From: Bacillales bacterium
GTDB lineage: Bacteria > Bacillota_I > Bacilli_A > RFN20 > CAG-449
DNA length: 64,000 nt
Direction of reading: 5' to 3'
Assembly: GCA_029006735.1 (NCBI GenBank)
Contig: JAQXGN010000020.1
Span: 35,902 to 99,901, forward strand
Position numbers and translations under genes: made by a program. The notes beneath the pieces were generated by a model. It made no database searches, was not told where the DNA came from, and was given only the letters and a program-made list of their open reading frames with translations. Below, one piece after another: positions 52,731-62,167 of the stretch; within the stretch, counting starts at the first letter, position 1; every line of letters begins with the position of its first letter.

Positions 52731-53879
52731 CTAATGGTATAAAACGTTAATAAAAATATAAGAACCATATTCTCCTATATTTTCACTATACGATACAGAT
52801 TCTTTTGTATTAATATAATAATTCGTATTATTTAAAGAATATTTTATAACTCTTTGGTTGATGAATTTTGAATAATCTTCTTCACTCATACTTAAATTTC
52901 TATAGTTTGATTCTAAATGATTACAAATACATTTTTCATAATCAAAAGATGGACTTACTTCTATTAATACTTCTCCATAATGCCCAGATGTGTTTTCATA
53001 TAACTGATTATTGATAGTAATTGTATTAATTGTCGATGATAGTGGAAGATATTTTTCATCTTTACCATAAGCGAATTTACTTACTTCTAATACATTACTT
53101 TTTCCACCTAAAATATATGTTATATTACTTTCACCAAAGCAAGAAAAATATGAAGAAGCATATGTTCCAATTCTATCTTGTTTCACCACATTTTTATGGA
53201 TACTATCATTACTATCTCCAATCGCGTAATCAAAACTTTCAAAAGAATTTAAATCAATATAAAAAGTGTAAGTAGCAGACAATGATAATTGATTACTCTG
53301 AGTATTAATTGTCTGAATAAGTTCATCTTTTTCATTCATCATATTATTAATCTCATTATTAATAATCGCATGATAATCATTAATATTAAGTGATTCATTC
53401 TTTTTATTATCGATTTCAATTTCTAAAAAATTAGATTCTTCATACAGCTTGATTGAACAAGATGAAGATAAATATCCAATTTCTCCTATGTATGAACAAT
53501 AATAAGCATCATAAACTCCATTAAATGAACCATATACCAAATATGCATCTTTTTCATAATCATAACTATAAGAATTCTTATCATTATAAGAATAAAGATA
53601 TTCATTAGTATTATCCTTCAATTGGTATTTATAGACTGGAATCATTTCTTTTTGGAATGATTCTTGATTGAAAAAAAATATCATATTGTTTTTAAATAAA
53701 TCAATTCGTTTTACATCAATTGCTTCTCCTTTAATGTATTCTTTGATATTATCGTAATCATTTTTCAAAGAATTATTACAAGAAGACAAATAAGAAAGCG
53801 CGATTAAAGATAATATAGACATCACTACTGAAATTTTTATTTCATTTTTTTTATTAAAACCATATTTTTTTATTTTCAT
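52731..53879 (-). CDS. lipoprotein, Asn/Tyr-rich, function unknown
   Basis: Likely start MKIKKYGF. Signal peptide with lipobox LSSC. Confidence 0.5.
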   Translation of the reverse strand: MKIKKYGFNKKNEIKISVVMSILSLIALSYLSSCNNSLKNDYDNIKEYIKGEAIDVKRIDLFKNNMIFFFNQESFQKEMIPVYKYQLKDNTNEYLYSYNDKNSYSYDYEKDAYLVYGSFNGVYDAYYCSYIGEIGYLSSSCSIKLYEESNFLEIEIDNKKNESLNINDYHAIINNEINNMMNEKDELIQTINTQSNQLSLSATYTFYIDLNSFESFDYAIGDSNDSIHKNVVKQDRIGTYASSYFSCFGESNITYILGGKSNVLEVSKFAYGKDEKYLPLSSTINTITINNQLYENTSGHYGEVLIEVSPSFDYEKCICNHLESNYRNLSMSEEDYSKFINQRVIKYSLNNTNYYINTKESVSYSENIGEYGSYIFINVLYH

Positions 53880-54020
53880 AATATATTTTCCAAAATTGAT
53901 TGTTTTACAATCAATATTAAACCACTTCATATGAAAAATGTCTATTGTGACATGTAAATATAGGCACAAAAAAGAGCAATAAATATAATATTGCTCTATA
54001 AAATACTTTATGATTAGTAA

Positions 54021-55202
54021 TTATTGATTAGAATAATTAGAAAAATAATTTTGAATTAAAACAACAGGTGTACCTTTATCGCCTGATCCAGAAGTTAAAT
54101 CAGATAAAGAGCCTAATAAATCAGTAATTTGACGAGGAGTTGTACCTTGGGTAACCATCTTACCTTTTAAGTTAGCATCTTTTTCTTTAATCATCTTAAT
54201 CATTGCTTCTTTAAGTTCATCACCATGTAAATCTTTTAATACATTATCAGAAATATACTTTAATTTTAATTCATTTGGTGTTCCTAATAATCCACTTGTA
54301 TGAGCAGGAGAAACAACAGGATCTGCTAACTCCCAAATACCACCTTGTGGGTCTTTAAATGCACCATCGCCATATACCATAACTTCAATGTTTTTATGGA
54401 AAATTTTATTTAATCTTGATTGAATATCTAATACTAATTCATCGCAATGAATTGGGAATAATTTTACTGAGTTATCAGTAGCTAGATTAGAACCTAATAA
54501 TCCATATTTATCATTATAACCAGAACCATCAACTGGAGAAGTCATTAATTCATCTAGACAATAAACTTTCTTTGCCCCGGCAGATAATAATCTCTTTTTA
54601 TTTAATTTACGATCATGAATAGATGCAACAATAACATTATCTGTATATTTTAAAATTGCACGTGGATCATTTGCCAAAATTACTTCGCATTCACATTCTG
54701 CAATTTCCTTATAAAATGATAAATAATCAACGCCTGTAAACTCATGAATAGTATTTGGGAAAATCTTTTTAAATTCATCTAATGTAAATGCATCTTTATA
54801 TGGATTAACACCACTATCATATAAATCATCAACAGAAATTAATTTATTGCCTACTTCATCTCCAGGATAAGAAAATTGAATAATAACCTTCTTTAATCCT
54901 CTAGTGATCCCTCTTAAAACCATTGAGAATCTATTTCTTGACATAATTGGGAATATCAATCCAACTGTAGCATCTCCAAATTTATTTTTTACATCTTTAG
55001 CAATTTGATCTGCAGTAGCATAGTTTCCTTGAGAAATACCAACAACCGCTTCCGTAATAGCTACAACATCTTTATCATTTAATTCAAGATGTGCTTCTTC
55101 TACGCATTTGCATACTGAATCAACTACAATTGCAGCTAAATCATCGCCTTCTTTAATAATTGGAGTTCTAACTCCACGAGAAATTGTTCCACTATATTTC
55201 AT
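54021..55202 (-). CDS. CofE-like gamma-glutamyl ligase family protein (F420-0:L-glutamate ligase homolog)
   Basis: N-terminal RGVRTPIIKEGDDLAAIVV...DKDVVAITEAVVGISQG resembles CofE; 393 aa. Confidence 0.45.
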   Translation of the reverse strand: MKYSGTISRGVRTPIIKEGDDLAAIVVDSVCKCVEEAHLELNDKDVVAITEAVVGISQGNYATADQIAKDVKNKFGDATVGLIFPIMSRNRFSMVLRGITRGLKKVIIQFSYPGDEVGNKLISVDDLYDSGVNPYKDAFTLDEFKKIFPNTIHEFTGVDYLSFYKEIAECECEVILANDPRAILKYTDNVIVASIHDRKLNKKRLLSAGAKKVYCLDELMTSPVDGSGYNDKYGLLGSNLATDNSVKLFPIHCDELVLDIQSRLNKIFHKNIEVMVYGDGAFKDPQGGIWELADPVVSPAHTSGLLGTPNELKLKYISDNVLKDLHGDELKEAMIKMIKEKDANLKGKMVTQGTTPRQITDLLGSLSDLTSGSGDKGTPVVLIQNYFSNYSNQ

Positions 55203-55276
55203 ATTATACCTCTTCTTTTTATACTGATATTTTAAATTAATATTTACTTAAATAAAAGTTTATTTATTGTTTTTTA

Positions 55277-56521
55277 TTATTCTTTTCTTCCATAATATTT
55301 ATCAATTTCTTCAACCATATTATTTGGAATACTTCTCTCTACTGGGAAAACTCGTGAATTTATCATGATTGAAGCAAATTTAGCAATAAAATCACATGTT
55401 CTATAATAATTTTCTTCACTTAAAAAATCGATAACATCATCGTGAGAATGAATTGTTGCTCCTCCTTGAGAAGATATTCTAGCAAAAGATAATGCTGGAA
55501 CTTTTGCATCTGCAAAAGGAGTAGAATCAGAAGAATAAACACCTTGTCTAGCAATAATTGGGAATCCTTCAATCATCCCTAAATAATTAATGTAGTTAAC
55601 TAAAGACATTTCACTTGTGCAACAAGCAATATCATATCCCAATGTAACACCTGTCATATCAACATTAATTGATAAAACATATTTATTTAATTCGTCTTCA
55701 TGTGCTTTTACATAAGCTTTTGAACCAAGTAAACCACATTCTTCACTCCCACACCAAACAAATCGTAATGATCTTTTTGGTGTATGTTCTTTAAAATAAG
55801 CTAGTAATTGTAAAATAGTAGTTGATCCTGTTGCATTATCATATGCACCTTTTGAAAAACTAACTGAATCATAATGAGCAGTAAAAGAGATTATTTCATC
55901 TTCTAATTCACTACCTTTTATACATGCGACAACATTATGAGATTTATTCTTTACCTCAACTTGTTCAACAATCATTCTAACTGTTTTTGGCATTGCTCTT
56001 ACTAATTCTTCACCATCCTTCATACGAATACATACTGCAGGAAGTTTCCCATTTTTTAGATGTCTTTCTCGATACATATAAGGATCTAAATCTACATCCT
56101 TATCATCTTTATATACACTTCCTGTTGTAAGAATTAATCCAGCTGCTTTTCCATCACATAAAGCTTTATATAATTTATAATTAACTAATTTACCAGTAAC
56201 TAAACAAATCTTATCTTTTATATCTTGAATGCGTGCATCTTCATAAGAAGAAACATAAGCAAATTCTTTTTCTAAACCAGATTTAGGAGTACATCCACTT
56301 AATCCAACAACTGCACAATCATACTCTTTGTCTAAACTGGGAAAAAATAAACTTGCTTTTATTGGATTATATCCATCAACTTCAAATTCTTCTTTATGTG
56401 CTTCTACTCCTATTTTCTTACATTCATCAATAATGATATCTGCAGCTTCATCTTCTTCTTTCGTTCCACTTGTTCTTACAAAATATAACCTTTTTAAAGC
56501 ATCAAAACTTTTATAATTCAT
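55277..56521 (-). CDS. M28-family zinc aminopeptidase
   Basis: HYDSVSFSKGAYDNATGSTTILQLLAY (H..D and DNxSG metal ligands) and VWCGSEECGLLGS. Confidence 0.75.
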   Translation of the reverse strand: MNYKSFDALKRLYFVRTSGTKEEDEAADIIIDECKKIGVEAHKEEFEVDGYNPIKASLFFPSLDKEYDCAVVGLSGCTPKSGLEKEFAYVSSYEDARIQDIKDKICLVTGKLVNYKLYKALCDGKAAGLILTTGSVYKDDKDVDLDPYMYRERHLKNGKLPAVCIRMKDGEELVRAMPKTVRMIVEQVEVKNKSHNVVACIKGSELEDEIISFTAHYDSVSFSKGAYDNATGSTTILQLLAYFKEHTPKRSLRFVWCGSEECGLLGSKAYVKAHEDELNKYVLSINVDMTGVTLGYDIACCTSEMSLVNYINYLGMIEGFPIIARQGVYSSDSTPFADAKVPALSFARISSQGGATIHSHDDVIDFLSEENYYRTCDFIAKFASIMINSRVFPVERSIPNNMVEEIDKYYGRKE

Positions 56522-56772
56522 ATAATCTCCTCCTTGCTATGATAAAAGAATAAAATTACTCTTCTTTTTTTGATGAATCAAAAATAACATTATCAAAATT
56601 AATTTCATCAATTTCTCTTAATAATACTTTTATAACATATATAGTAAATAAAATGGTAGTTATTTTTATAGTGTTGTCATCTAAAAAGCACAAAATAACA
56701 CTAAATAAAAAAGTTTTGATAGCAAGTGAAGTGTATCAAAACTAGATCTTTCATATGTGTGTAAATGACAAT

Positions 56773-56783
56773 ATTGATACAAA
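56773..56783 (+). repeat. copy 1 of ATTGATACAAA repeat
   Basis: The same 11-mer recurs at about 58695-58705 (direct) and 58802-58812 (inverted). All three lie around the AlbA_2 gene next to tRNA-Arg. Confidence 0.4.
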
Positions 56784-57190
56784 GGTGGAATATGAATTAC
56801 GCAAAATATTATAATTATGCAATTACAGTTCTAAATAAAACTATTTTTATAACACTAAATATAACAAACGAAATTAGTATAACATCATAAATGTAATTGA
56901 TTATTCTAATGCGTTTTAAAGTTGACTTTCTATTTTTGATTAAAATATTAATGAAACACATGAATTTAGCAATATAATCAAAGCAGGAATATATGCTGCA
57001 ATCAGAATAGCTAATCCACCAATAGCTGCTATTCCATTAAATGTTAATATAAGTTCTCCAGCATTTTCAGGTGTATTACCATTAGGATTTTAGCAAATTC
57101 AGATAATTAATCTTCTAAATAATAGATTAAGCCAAATAACAAAGAGAGTCTAATATCGATAAATATTCCAATAATTGTTGAGATTTTAAT

Positions 57191-58531
57191 TTACTCATAT
57201 ATAACAAAATATCCACCCGTCTTTAATGGTCCTCTAAATTCAACATATTTTGATAGTTTTCTTTTTAATGAGTTTTTAACTATATCTACGGTAATATTGG
57301 AATATTGAAGACGCAGTTTCTCTGTAATGTGTTTTGCATTTAAACCTGGCTTTTGTTGAATAGTTCTTAAAATGCTCAAATCAACATCATTTAAAGCATT
57401 ATCAACAACTGATTTTATTGGGTCATTTATTGGGTCATTTATTGGGTCATTGTAATTTAAATTAGGAAGTTTAACGATAAAAAAGTTTTCACTGACTGAA
57501 AAATCTACTTTTATCTTCGAATTTTTATAAGCTTCCAATATTCTTGGAATACCAGTACCGAAATTTTCAATAAAATGTAATTTATTTAATATATTAACTA
57601 ATCCAGGGTTTCTATATGTTTGAACTCCATCAAGTATCTGCTCTAAGGTTGCTTGATAAATTCCACCTGGATTTGTGATTTTAACTTTATCATTATAGAA
57701 TTCGATTTTTATGTTTGATCTTATGAAATAATTACTATGACAAAATGCATTTAAAATAGATTCACGTAAGGAAGCTCCAGGATACGAAACCGTTTCTCTT
57801 CTTTGCCATGAAGTACCATCGATAATAGCTGATATATCATTATAGTTTGCCGCATTTTCTAATACGTTATTCATAACCTTAAGCAAAGGCCCTTTATACT
57901 CTTTTTTAACTTTAAAATTCAATTGACTATCATATTTAGCAAATTTTACTACGATTGGAGATTGATCTGACATTAATAATGCTAAATTTGTATATAATCC
58001 ATCTTTGTTAATCATTCGTAGAGATTTCATATTTCTTTCATCGTGAGGCAGATTGTTATCATCACAGATTTCATTAAAGTATTTAAATGTTAATTCCTGC
58101 TCTTCAGATATATCATCTTCATAACTATATTTCTTTGAATCAAGTAGCATCAATAGTATTTCGCTATCATTAGCCATCCTAATTGTTGAACCAACTCTTT
58201 TATAGACTCCAGATGGTTTAGGTCCCTTTTCTTTCAAGTAATAAGGTTTTTCTTCTCCTACCAACACTTCAATCACAAGAACGTTGTCATTATTGAAATA
58301 GTGTTTAATTAAATGTGAAGTGTTTGGGAAAAAAGCATCTGAAATCCAATTTGCAATTTTGCAATCCATAGAATCTTTTTCTTTTTGATCTAAAAAAGGT
58401 ATGATTGTGCCATCATCTTTTACTCCAACAAAGATGGTTCCGCCATTAGTGTTTAAAAAAGCTACAATTTCTTTTTTTACATCATCAATTAACACTTCTT
58501 TAAGTTCTACAATATTAGATTCTTGATACAT
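57191..58531 (-). CDS. AlbA_2 (Schlafen-like) plus HATPase_c_4 ATP-binding protein with C-terminal HTH
   Basis: N-terminus NIVELKEVLIDDVKKEIVAFLNTNGGTIFVGVKDDGTI matches the divergent-AAA/AlbA_2 signature. C-terminal winged-helix-like region. Contains a tandem DPINDPINDPI repeat. Confidence 0.7.
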   Translation of the reverse strand: MYQESNIVELKEVLIDDVKKEIVAFLNTNGGTIFVGVKDDGTIIPFLDQKEKDSMDCKIANWISDAFFPNTSHLIKHYFNNDNVLVIEVLVGEEKPYYLKEKGPKPSGVYKRVGSTIRMANDSEILLMLLDSKKYSYEDDISEEQELTFKYFNEICDDNNLPHDERNMKSLRMINKDGLYTNLALLMSDQSPIVVKFAKYDSQLNFKVKKEYKGPLLKVMNNVLENAANYNDISAIIDGTSWQRRETVSYPGASLRESILNAFCHSNYFIRSNIKIEFYNDKVKITNPGGIYQATLEQILDGVQTYRNPGLVNILNKLHFIENFGTGIPRILEAYKNSKIKVDFSVSENFFIVKLPNLNYNDPINDPINDPIKSVVDNALNDVDLSILRTIQQKPGLNAKHITEKLRLQYSNITVDIVKNSLKRKLSKYVEFRGPLKTGGYFVIYE

Positions 58532-58694
58532 GGTTTATCCTCCTGGGTCATTTTCATATTTATTGTATCATAAATGACCCATTAAATCAATTTATGAGTT
58601 CATTTATTTAATCGCGTTTTGACTCATTAAAGATAAATTTCGAATCCGTACATTTATCTTGTTTTGTTATAAAGACCCTAGTTAAAAGAACAAA

Positions 58695-58812
58695 ATTGAT
58701 ACAAATCGACTTTTGTCATTAGCCCATCAAATCCAAAAGTGAAGCATAAAAGTGGTCTAAAATGCCGATTTTACCCCTTAAAAACAAAAAAAGTACTGAT
58801 TTTTGTATCAAT
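58695..58812. repeat. inverted ATTGATACAAA copies flanking about 96 bp, immediately 3' of tRNA-Arg
   Basis: attgatacaaatcgac...actgatttttgtatcaat. The inner part also holds a near-palindrome GATACAAATCGACTTTTGTC. Confidence 0.4.
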
Positions 58813-58827
58813 ACTTTGATTTTCATA

Positions 58828-58904
58828 TGGCGTCCTTAATGCGATTCGAACGCACGACCTTCCGCTTAGGAGGCGGATGCTCTATCCAGCTGAGCTACAA
58901 GGAC
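58828..58904 (-). tRNA. tRNA-Arg (anticodon CCU)
   Basis: Minus-strand GTCCTTGTAGCTCAGCTGGATAGAGCATCCGCCTCCTAAGCGGAAGGTCGTGCGTTCGAATCGCATTAAGGACGCCA folds into a canonical cloverleaf. Confidence 0.85.
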
Positions 58905-59049
58905 AAATTAAAAACACATATTATATTAACATACTGGAATAAAAATATATATGATAAACTTCAACGCTTTATTAATAATAATATTTCTAAGATGAAACAA
59001 ATTATTATTTCTTCATATATTAATTTGAATAAGAAGAATAGGTGAAAGA

Positions 59050-59826
59050 ATGATTAAAGAAACTTTGTTCGGATTACTAATTCCTTTCATAGGAACATTT
59101 TTAGGATCTAGTATGGTCTTTTTTATGCAAAATAAAATGACAGATAAAATCGAAAAATTTCTTTTAGGACTTTCTTCTGGAGTTATGATTGCAGCATCAT
59201 TTTTTTCTTTAATTGTTCCGTCTATTGAAATGGCAGAAAAACAAAATATTGCAGCCTGGATCCCTCCAAGTATTGGTATTGGAGTAGGTTTTATCCTATT
59301 TATCATTATTGAAATCATCATAAAGAATTTAAATAAAGATATAAAAGGGAATATCCCAAAAAAGAAAAATAAAATATTCTTGATGATACTTGCAATAACC
59401 TTACATAATATTCCTGAAGGAATGGCAGTTGGTGTAATTTTTTCTGGTGTAATATTAAAAGATCCAACAATAAGTTTATTAAGTGCGTTCTCTTTATCTC
59501 TTGGAATCGCTATCCAAAATATTCCAGAAGGAGCAATCATTTCATTACCATTAAAAGCTAATGGAAAAACTAGATTTAAATCATTTCTTTTTGGGAGTTT
59601 ATCTGGAATTGTAGAACCTATAGGAGGTTTAATAACTTTAATTCTTGCTAATACAATGATAAAAATATTGCCTTATTTACTTTCCTTTGCTGCAGGAGCT
59701 ATGCTTTTTGTAGTGATAGATGAAATAATTCCAGAAGCAAAAAATGGCGATAGTAGTTTTATTTCAACTATCGCCAGTGCAATTGGATTTATATTAATGA
59801 TGATATTAGATATCGCTTTAGGTTAA
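59050..59826 (+). CDS. ZIP-family divalent metal transporter (ZupT-like)
   Basis: HNIPEGMAVG and NIPEGAI metal-binding motifs; 8 TM. Confidence 0.85.
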   Translation: MIKETLFGLLIPFIGTFLGSSMVFFMQNKMTDKIEKFLLGLSSGVMIAASFFSLIVPSIEMAEKQNIAAWIPPSIGIGVGFILFIIIEIIIKNLNKDIKGNIPKKKNKIFLMILAITLHNIPEGMAVGVIFSGVILKDPTISLLSAFSLSLGIAIQNIPEGAIISLPLKANGKTRFKSFLFGSLSGIVEPIGGLITLILANTMIKILPYLLSFAAGAMLFVVIDEIIPEAKNGDSSFISTIASAIGFILMMILDIALG

Positions 59827-60389
59827 TCAAGCAAAAATTCTAGACACTCAAAACTTAATTTAAACGAATCAAAAAAATCTTTATTTGGACCATAAGTATT
59901 TCTCGATAATGCAAACCCCGTTTCAATATCAATAGTATATTTCCATCCCGAGAATCCATCACTACCATTATCTAATGGTAAGTTATATTCATAACATTCT
60001 CTACCCATATAATTTACATTCTTTACATATTTTAAATCATTAAGAAATTCTTTATAAGAAAATGCAAATTTTTCCACAAAAAACTCAATATTTTGTAATG
60101 CATCATCTTTTAATTCTAAATCGAGAGCACCTTCTTCAGAAGAATAGTAAGTATTATCTTTTATAATATATAAAATATCCTCTTCAATAATTCTCATTGA
60201 AGTTGGTGTTTTTATTATTCCATATTCATCATCATTTTTTATTATTCTTATAGATAAAGCGTTTGCTTCATCAATAAAAGAAACCATCTTAGTTTCATTA
60301 TAAGAAGCTAATCTTGTATCATTATTATTACAACTCAATAAACAAAAAGAACATAAAAAAACAATAAATAGATATCCATTTTTTTTCAT
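59823..60389 (-). CDS. lipoprotein, function unknown (last gene of the metal operon)
   Basis: Lipobox LLSC. A 2-nt gap separates it from the upstream methyltransferase-like gene. Confidence 0.5.
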   Translation of the reverse strand: MKKNGYLFIVFLCSFCLLSCNNNDTRLASYNETKMVSFIDEANALSIRIIKNDDEYGIIKTPTSMRIIEEDILYIIKDNTYYSSEEGALDLELKDDALQNIEFFVEKFAFSYKEFLNDLKYVKNVNYMGRECYEYNLPLDNGSDGFSGWKYTIDIETGFALSRNTYGPNKDFFDSFKLSFECLEFLLD

Positions 60390-60391
60390 TA

Positions 60392-61207
60392 TTAATCAGC
60401 CTTTCTTAATATCACAATGTAAGTGTGATTAAGGTTTGCATAAAATACTTTTGGATAACCAAGAAGTAATAATCCTCTTTGGTCATTGTGATCATAAATA
60501 ATTAAATCTTGATATAAAAATCCTGCTTTTTTGCCACATTTTGCGATGTCTGCATGTAATTCTACATATGGCTCTTTCGCTTTAATATTACGATAATCTG
60601 ATACAACAAAAACAGCGTATCCACCATTCTTTGTTACTCGAAATAATTTATCCATCAAAACATCCATTTTATTTAGATAGTCTTCATATCCTAATTCATC
60701 TAAATTATCACTATCTTCTTTTGGATTTTTAAGGCAAGGAATAGAAGGAGAAGTAATAACTAATTGAACTGAATTATCACCGATTCGATCTAATCCAACT
60801 AGAGCATCTTCATTATATATCTCATAACCACTATTAACTAAAAGATTTAACGAAGATAAAATATTATCTTCTGCAACTAAAAATCGATTTTTATTAATTT
60901 CAAAGCCGTAACAATAACGATTATTATGAATAGAAGAAATAATTGTTGTACCACTACCCATTAAAGGATCAAGTATTTTATCTTCTTCTTTTGAATACAT
61001 ATAAATAATTTTATCTATCAAATCATTTGGTAAAACATCCATTCCTTGAATTCTAGAATCCACTTTCATTGAAGGCATATCTTTCCAAACACTTTTTGAG
61101 TTTAAAGCCCATTCAGTCGCGGACATTCCATTAAATGTAAGATCTCTTTGTTCTTTTTGTCTAACATATGATTGTTCATTTTCAACATAAATATCACGTT
61201 TCTTCAT
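60392..61207 (-). CDS. N6/N4-type methyltransferase-like protein, circularly permuted, non-canonical motif IV (SPSI)
   Basis: Motif I DPLMGSGTT is preceded by the usual ..SVW.. region. The downstream segment IGDNSVQLVITSPSIP aligns to LPDNSVDLIVTSPPY of PF01555-type enzymes, but PPY is replaced by PSI. Confidence 0.6.
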   Translation of the reverse strand: MKKRDIYVENEQSYVRQKEQRDLTFNGMSATEWALNSKSVWKDMPSMKVDSRIQGMDVLPNDLIDKIIYMYSKEEDKILDPLMGSGTTIISSIHNNRYCYGFEINKNRFLVAEDNILSSLNLLVNSGYEIYNEDALVGLDRIGDNSVQLVITSPSIPCLKNPKEDSDNLDELGYEDYLNKMDVLMDKLFRVTKNGGYAVFVVSDYRNIKAKEPYVELHADIAKCGKKAGFLYQDLIIYDHNDQRGLLLLGYPKVFYANLNHTYIVILRKAD

Positions 61208-61229
61208 AGTCTTTTACCCCTTTCATTTA

Positions 61230-62165
61230 TTAATTTGTTAAATTTAATACTTCTTCTTTGTTTGGTATTTCTTCAATGCTAATTGGGTCTAACATTAATT
61301 CCTCTTCTTGATATTCTTCAGTCCATTCGTAAGATATTTTAGCTTTTAAGTGAATAAAGCTACGATCTTTTAACTTTATACCCATATTAGATTTAGCTAA
61401 AAAACCATATAGTTGAATATCATTTGCACAGCAATTCATAATCATTCTACCGGCGATAAATGTTCCTTTAGGTAATTTATCACTTAATACAACCATTATA
61501 TCATACTCTACTATTTTTCCATTATAGCGTTCTTTATTTTCAAATGTATCAATGTAGAATGTTCCGTAATCTTCATCTTTTATTTGAATAACAGGTGCAT
61601 TAATATCATATGGTAATGGTTCTTCAAACAAATCACTTGCACGCATATTTTCATCCATAATCATAAACTGACAACGATTAGATATTAACTTTAACGCTGT
61701 TTGGTAAGGTAATATCTTAGTTGGATCGTCCAATTTAGTAAAGCAACATATTTGGCTACGTTTTATAATATCAGTGAATTTTTGTCGCATATTATTAAAA
61801 TACACATCGAAAGTTGTTCCATCAATAAATGTTACAACTTGAACAATCTCAATTTCTCTTGGGAATTGTAATTTTGTAAGTTCCCACATCCCATTCATTT
61901 CAATAACAATACGATCTGGTTTTACTTCTTTTATATATTTGGAAACAAGTTTATAATCAAAACTTTCTAAAGTATCAAAGTATTTTGCAACTGTATTTGT
62001 TTCTTTTAGTAATTCTTCACTATACTCTACTTCCCCTTCCTCACACACTAAAAGGAGTGTTTTCATCATATTATCACTAATATCATTTTTTAAAGTATCT
62101 ATAATGAATGTTGTTTTTCCTGAATCGAGGAAACCACTAATAAAAAATACTGGAATCTTTTTCAT
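61230..62165 (-). CDS. degenerate G3E/COG0523-like P-loop GTPase paralog (no CxCC, no His-rich linker)
   Basis: Walker A FISGFLDSGKTTFI and the CobW-like order of motifs, but the GCxCC metal site is absent. Confidence 0.6.
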   Translation of the reverse strand: MKKIPVFFISGFLDSGKTTFIIDTLKNDISDNMMKTLLLVCEEGEVEYSEELLKETNTVAKYFDTLESFDYKLVSKYIKEVKPDRIVIEMNGMWELTKLQFPREIEIVQVVTFIDGTTFDVYFNNMRQKFTDIIKRSQICCFTKLDDPTKILPYQTALKLISNRCQFMIMDENMRASDLFEEPLPYDINAPVIQIKDEDYGTFYIDTFENKERYNGKIVEYDIMVVLSDKLPKGTFIAGRMIMNCCANDIQLYGFLAKSNMGIKLKDRSFIHLKAKISYEWTEEYQEEELMLDPISIEEIPNKEEVLNLTN

Positions 62166-62167
62166 AT

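Noticed and set aside
52198-53275. Plus-strand ORFs 52198..52410 and 53030..53275
   Set aside because: Antisense to the YggS and lipoprotein genes.
56328-56516. 62-aa plus-strand ORF
   Set aside because: Antisense to the M28 peptidase.
58803-59045. 80-aa ORF on the plus strand
   Set aside because: Its N-terminal third is the antisense of tRNA-Arg and the rest is AT-rich intergenic DNA.
59013-59540. 175-aa minus-strand ORF
   Set aside because: Antisense to the ZIP transporter gene. The hydrophobic translation mirrors the TM helices of the sense strand.
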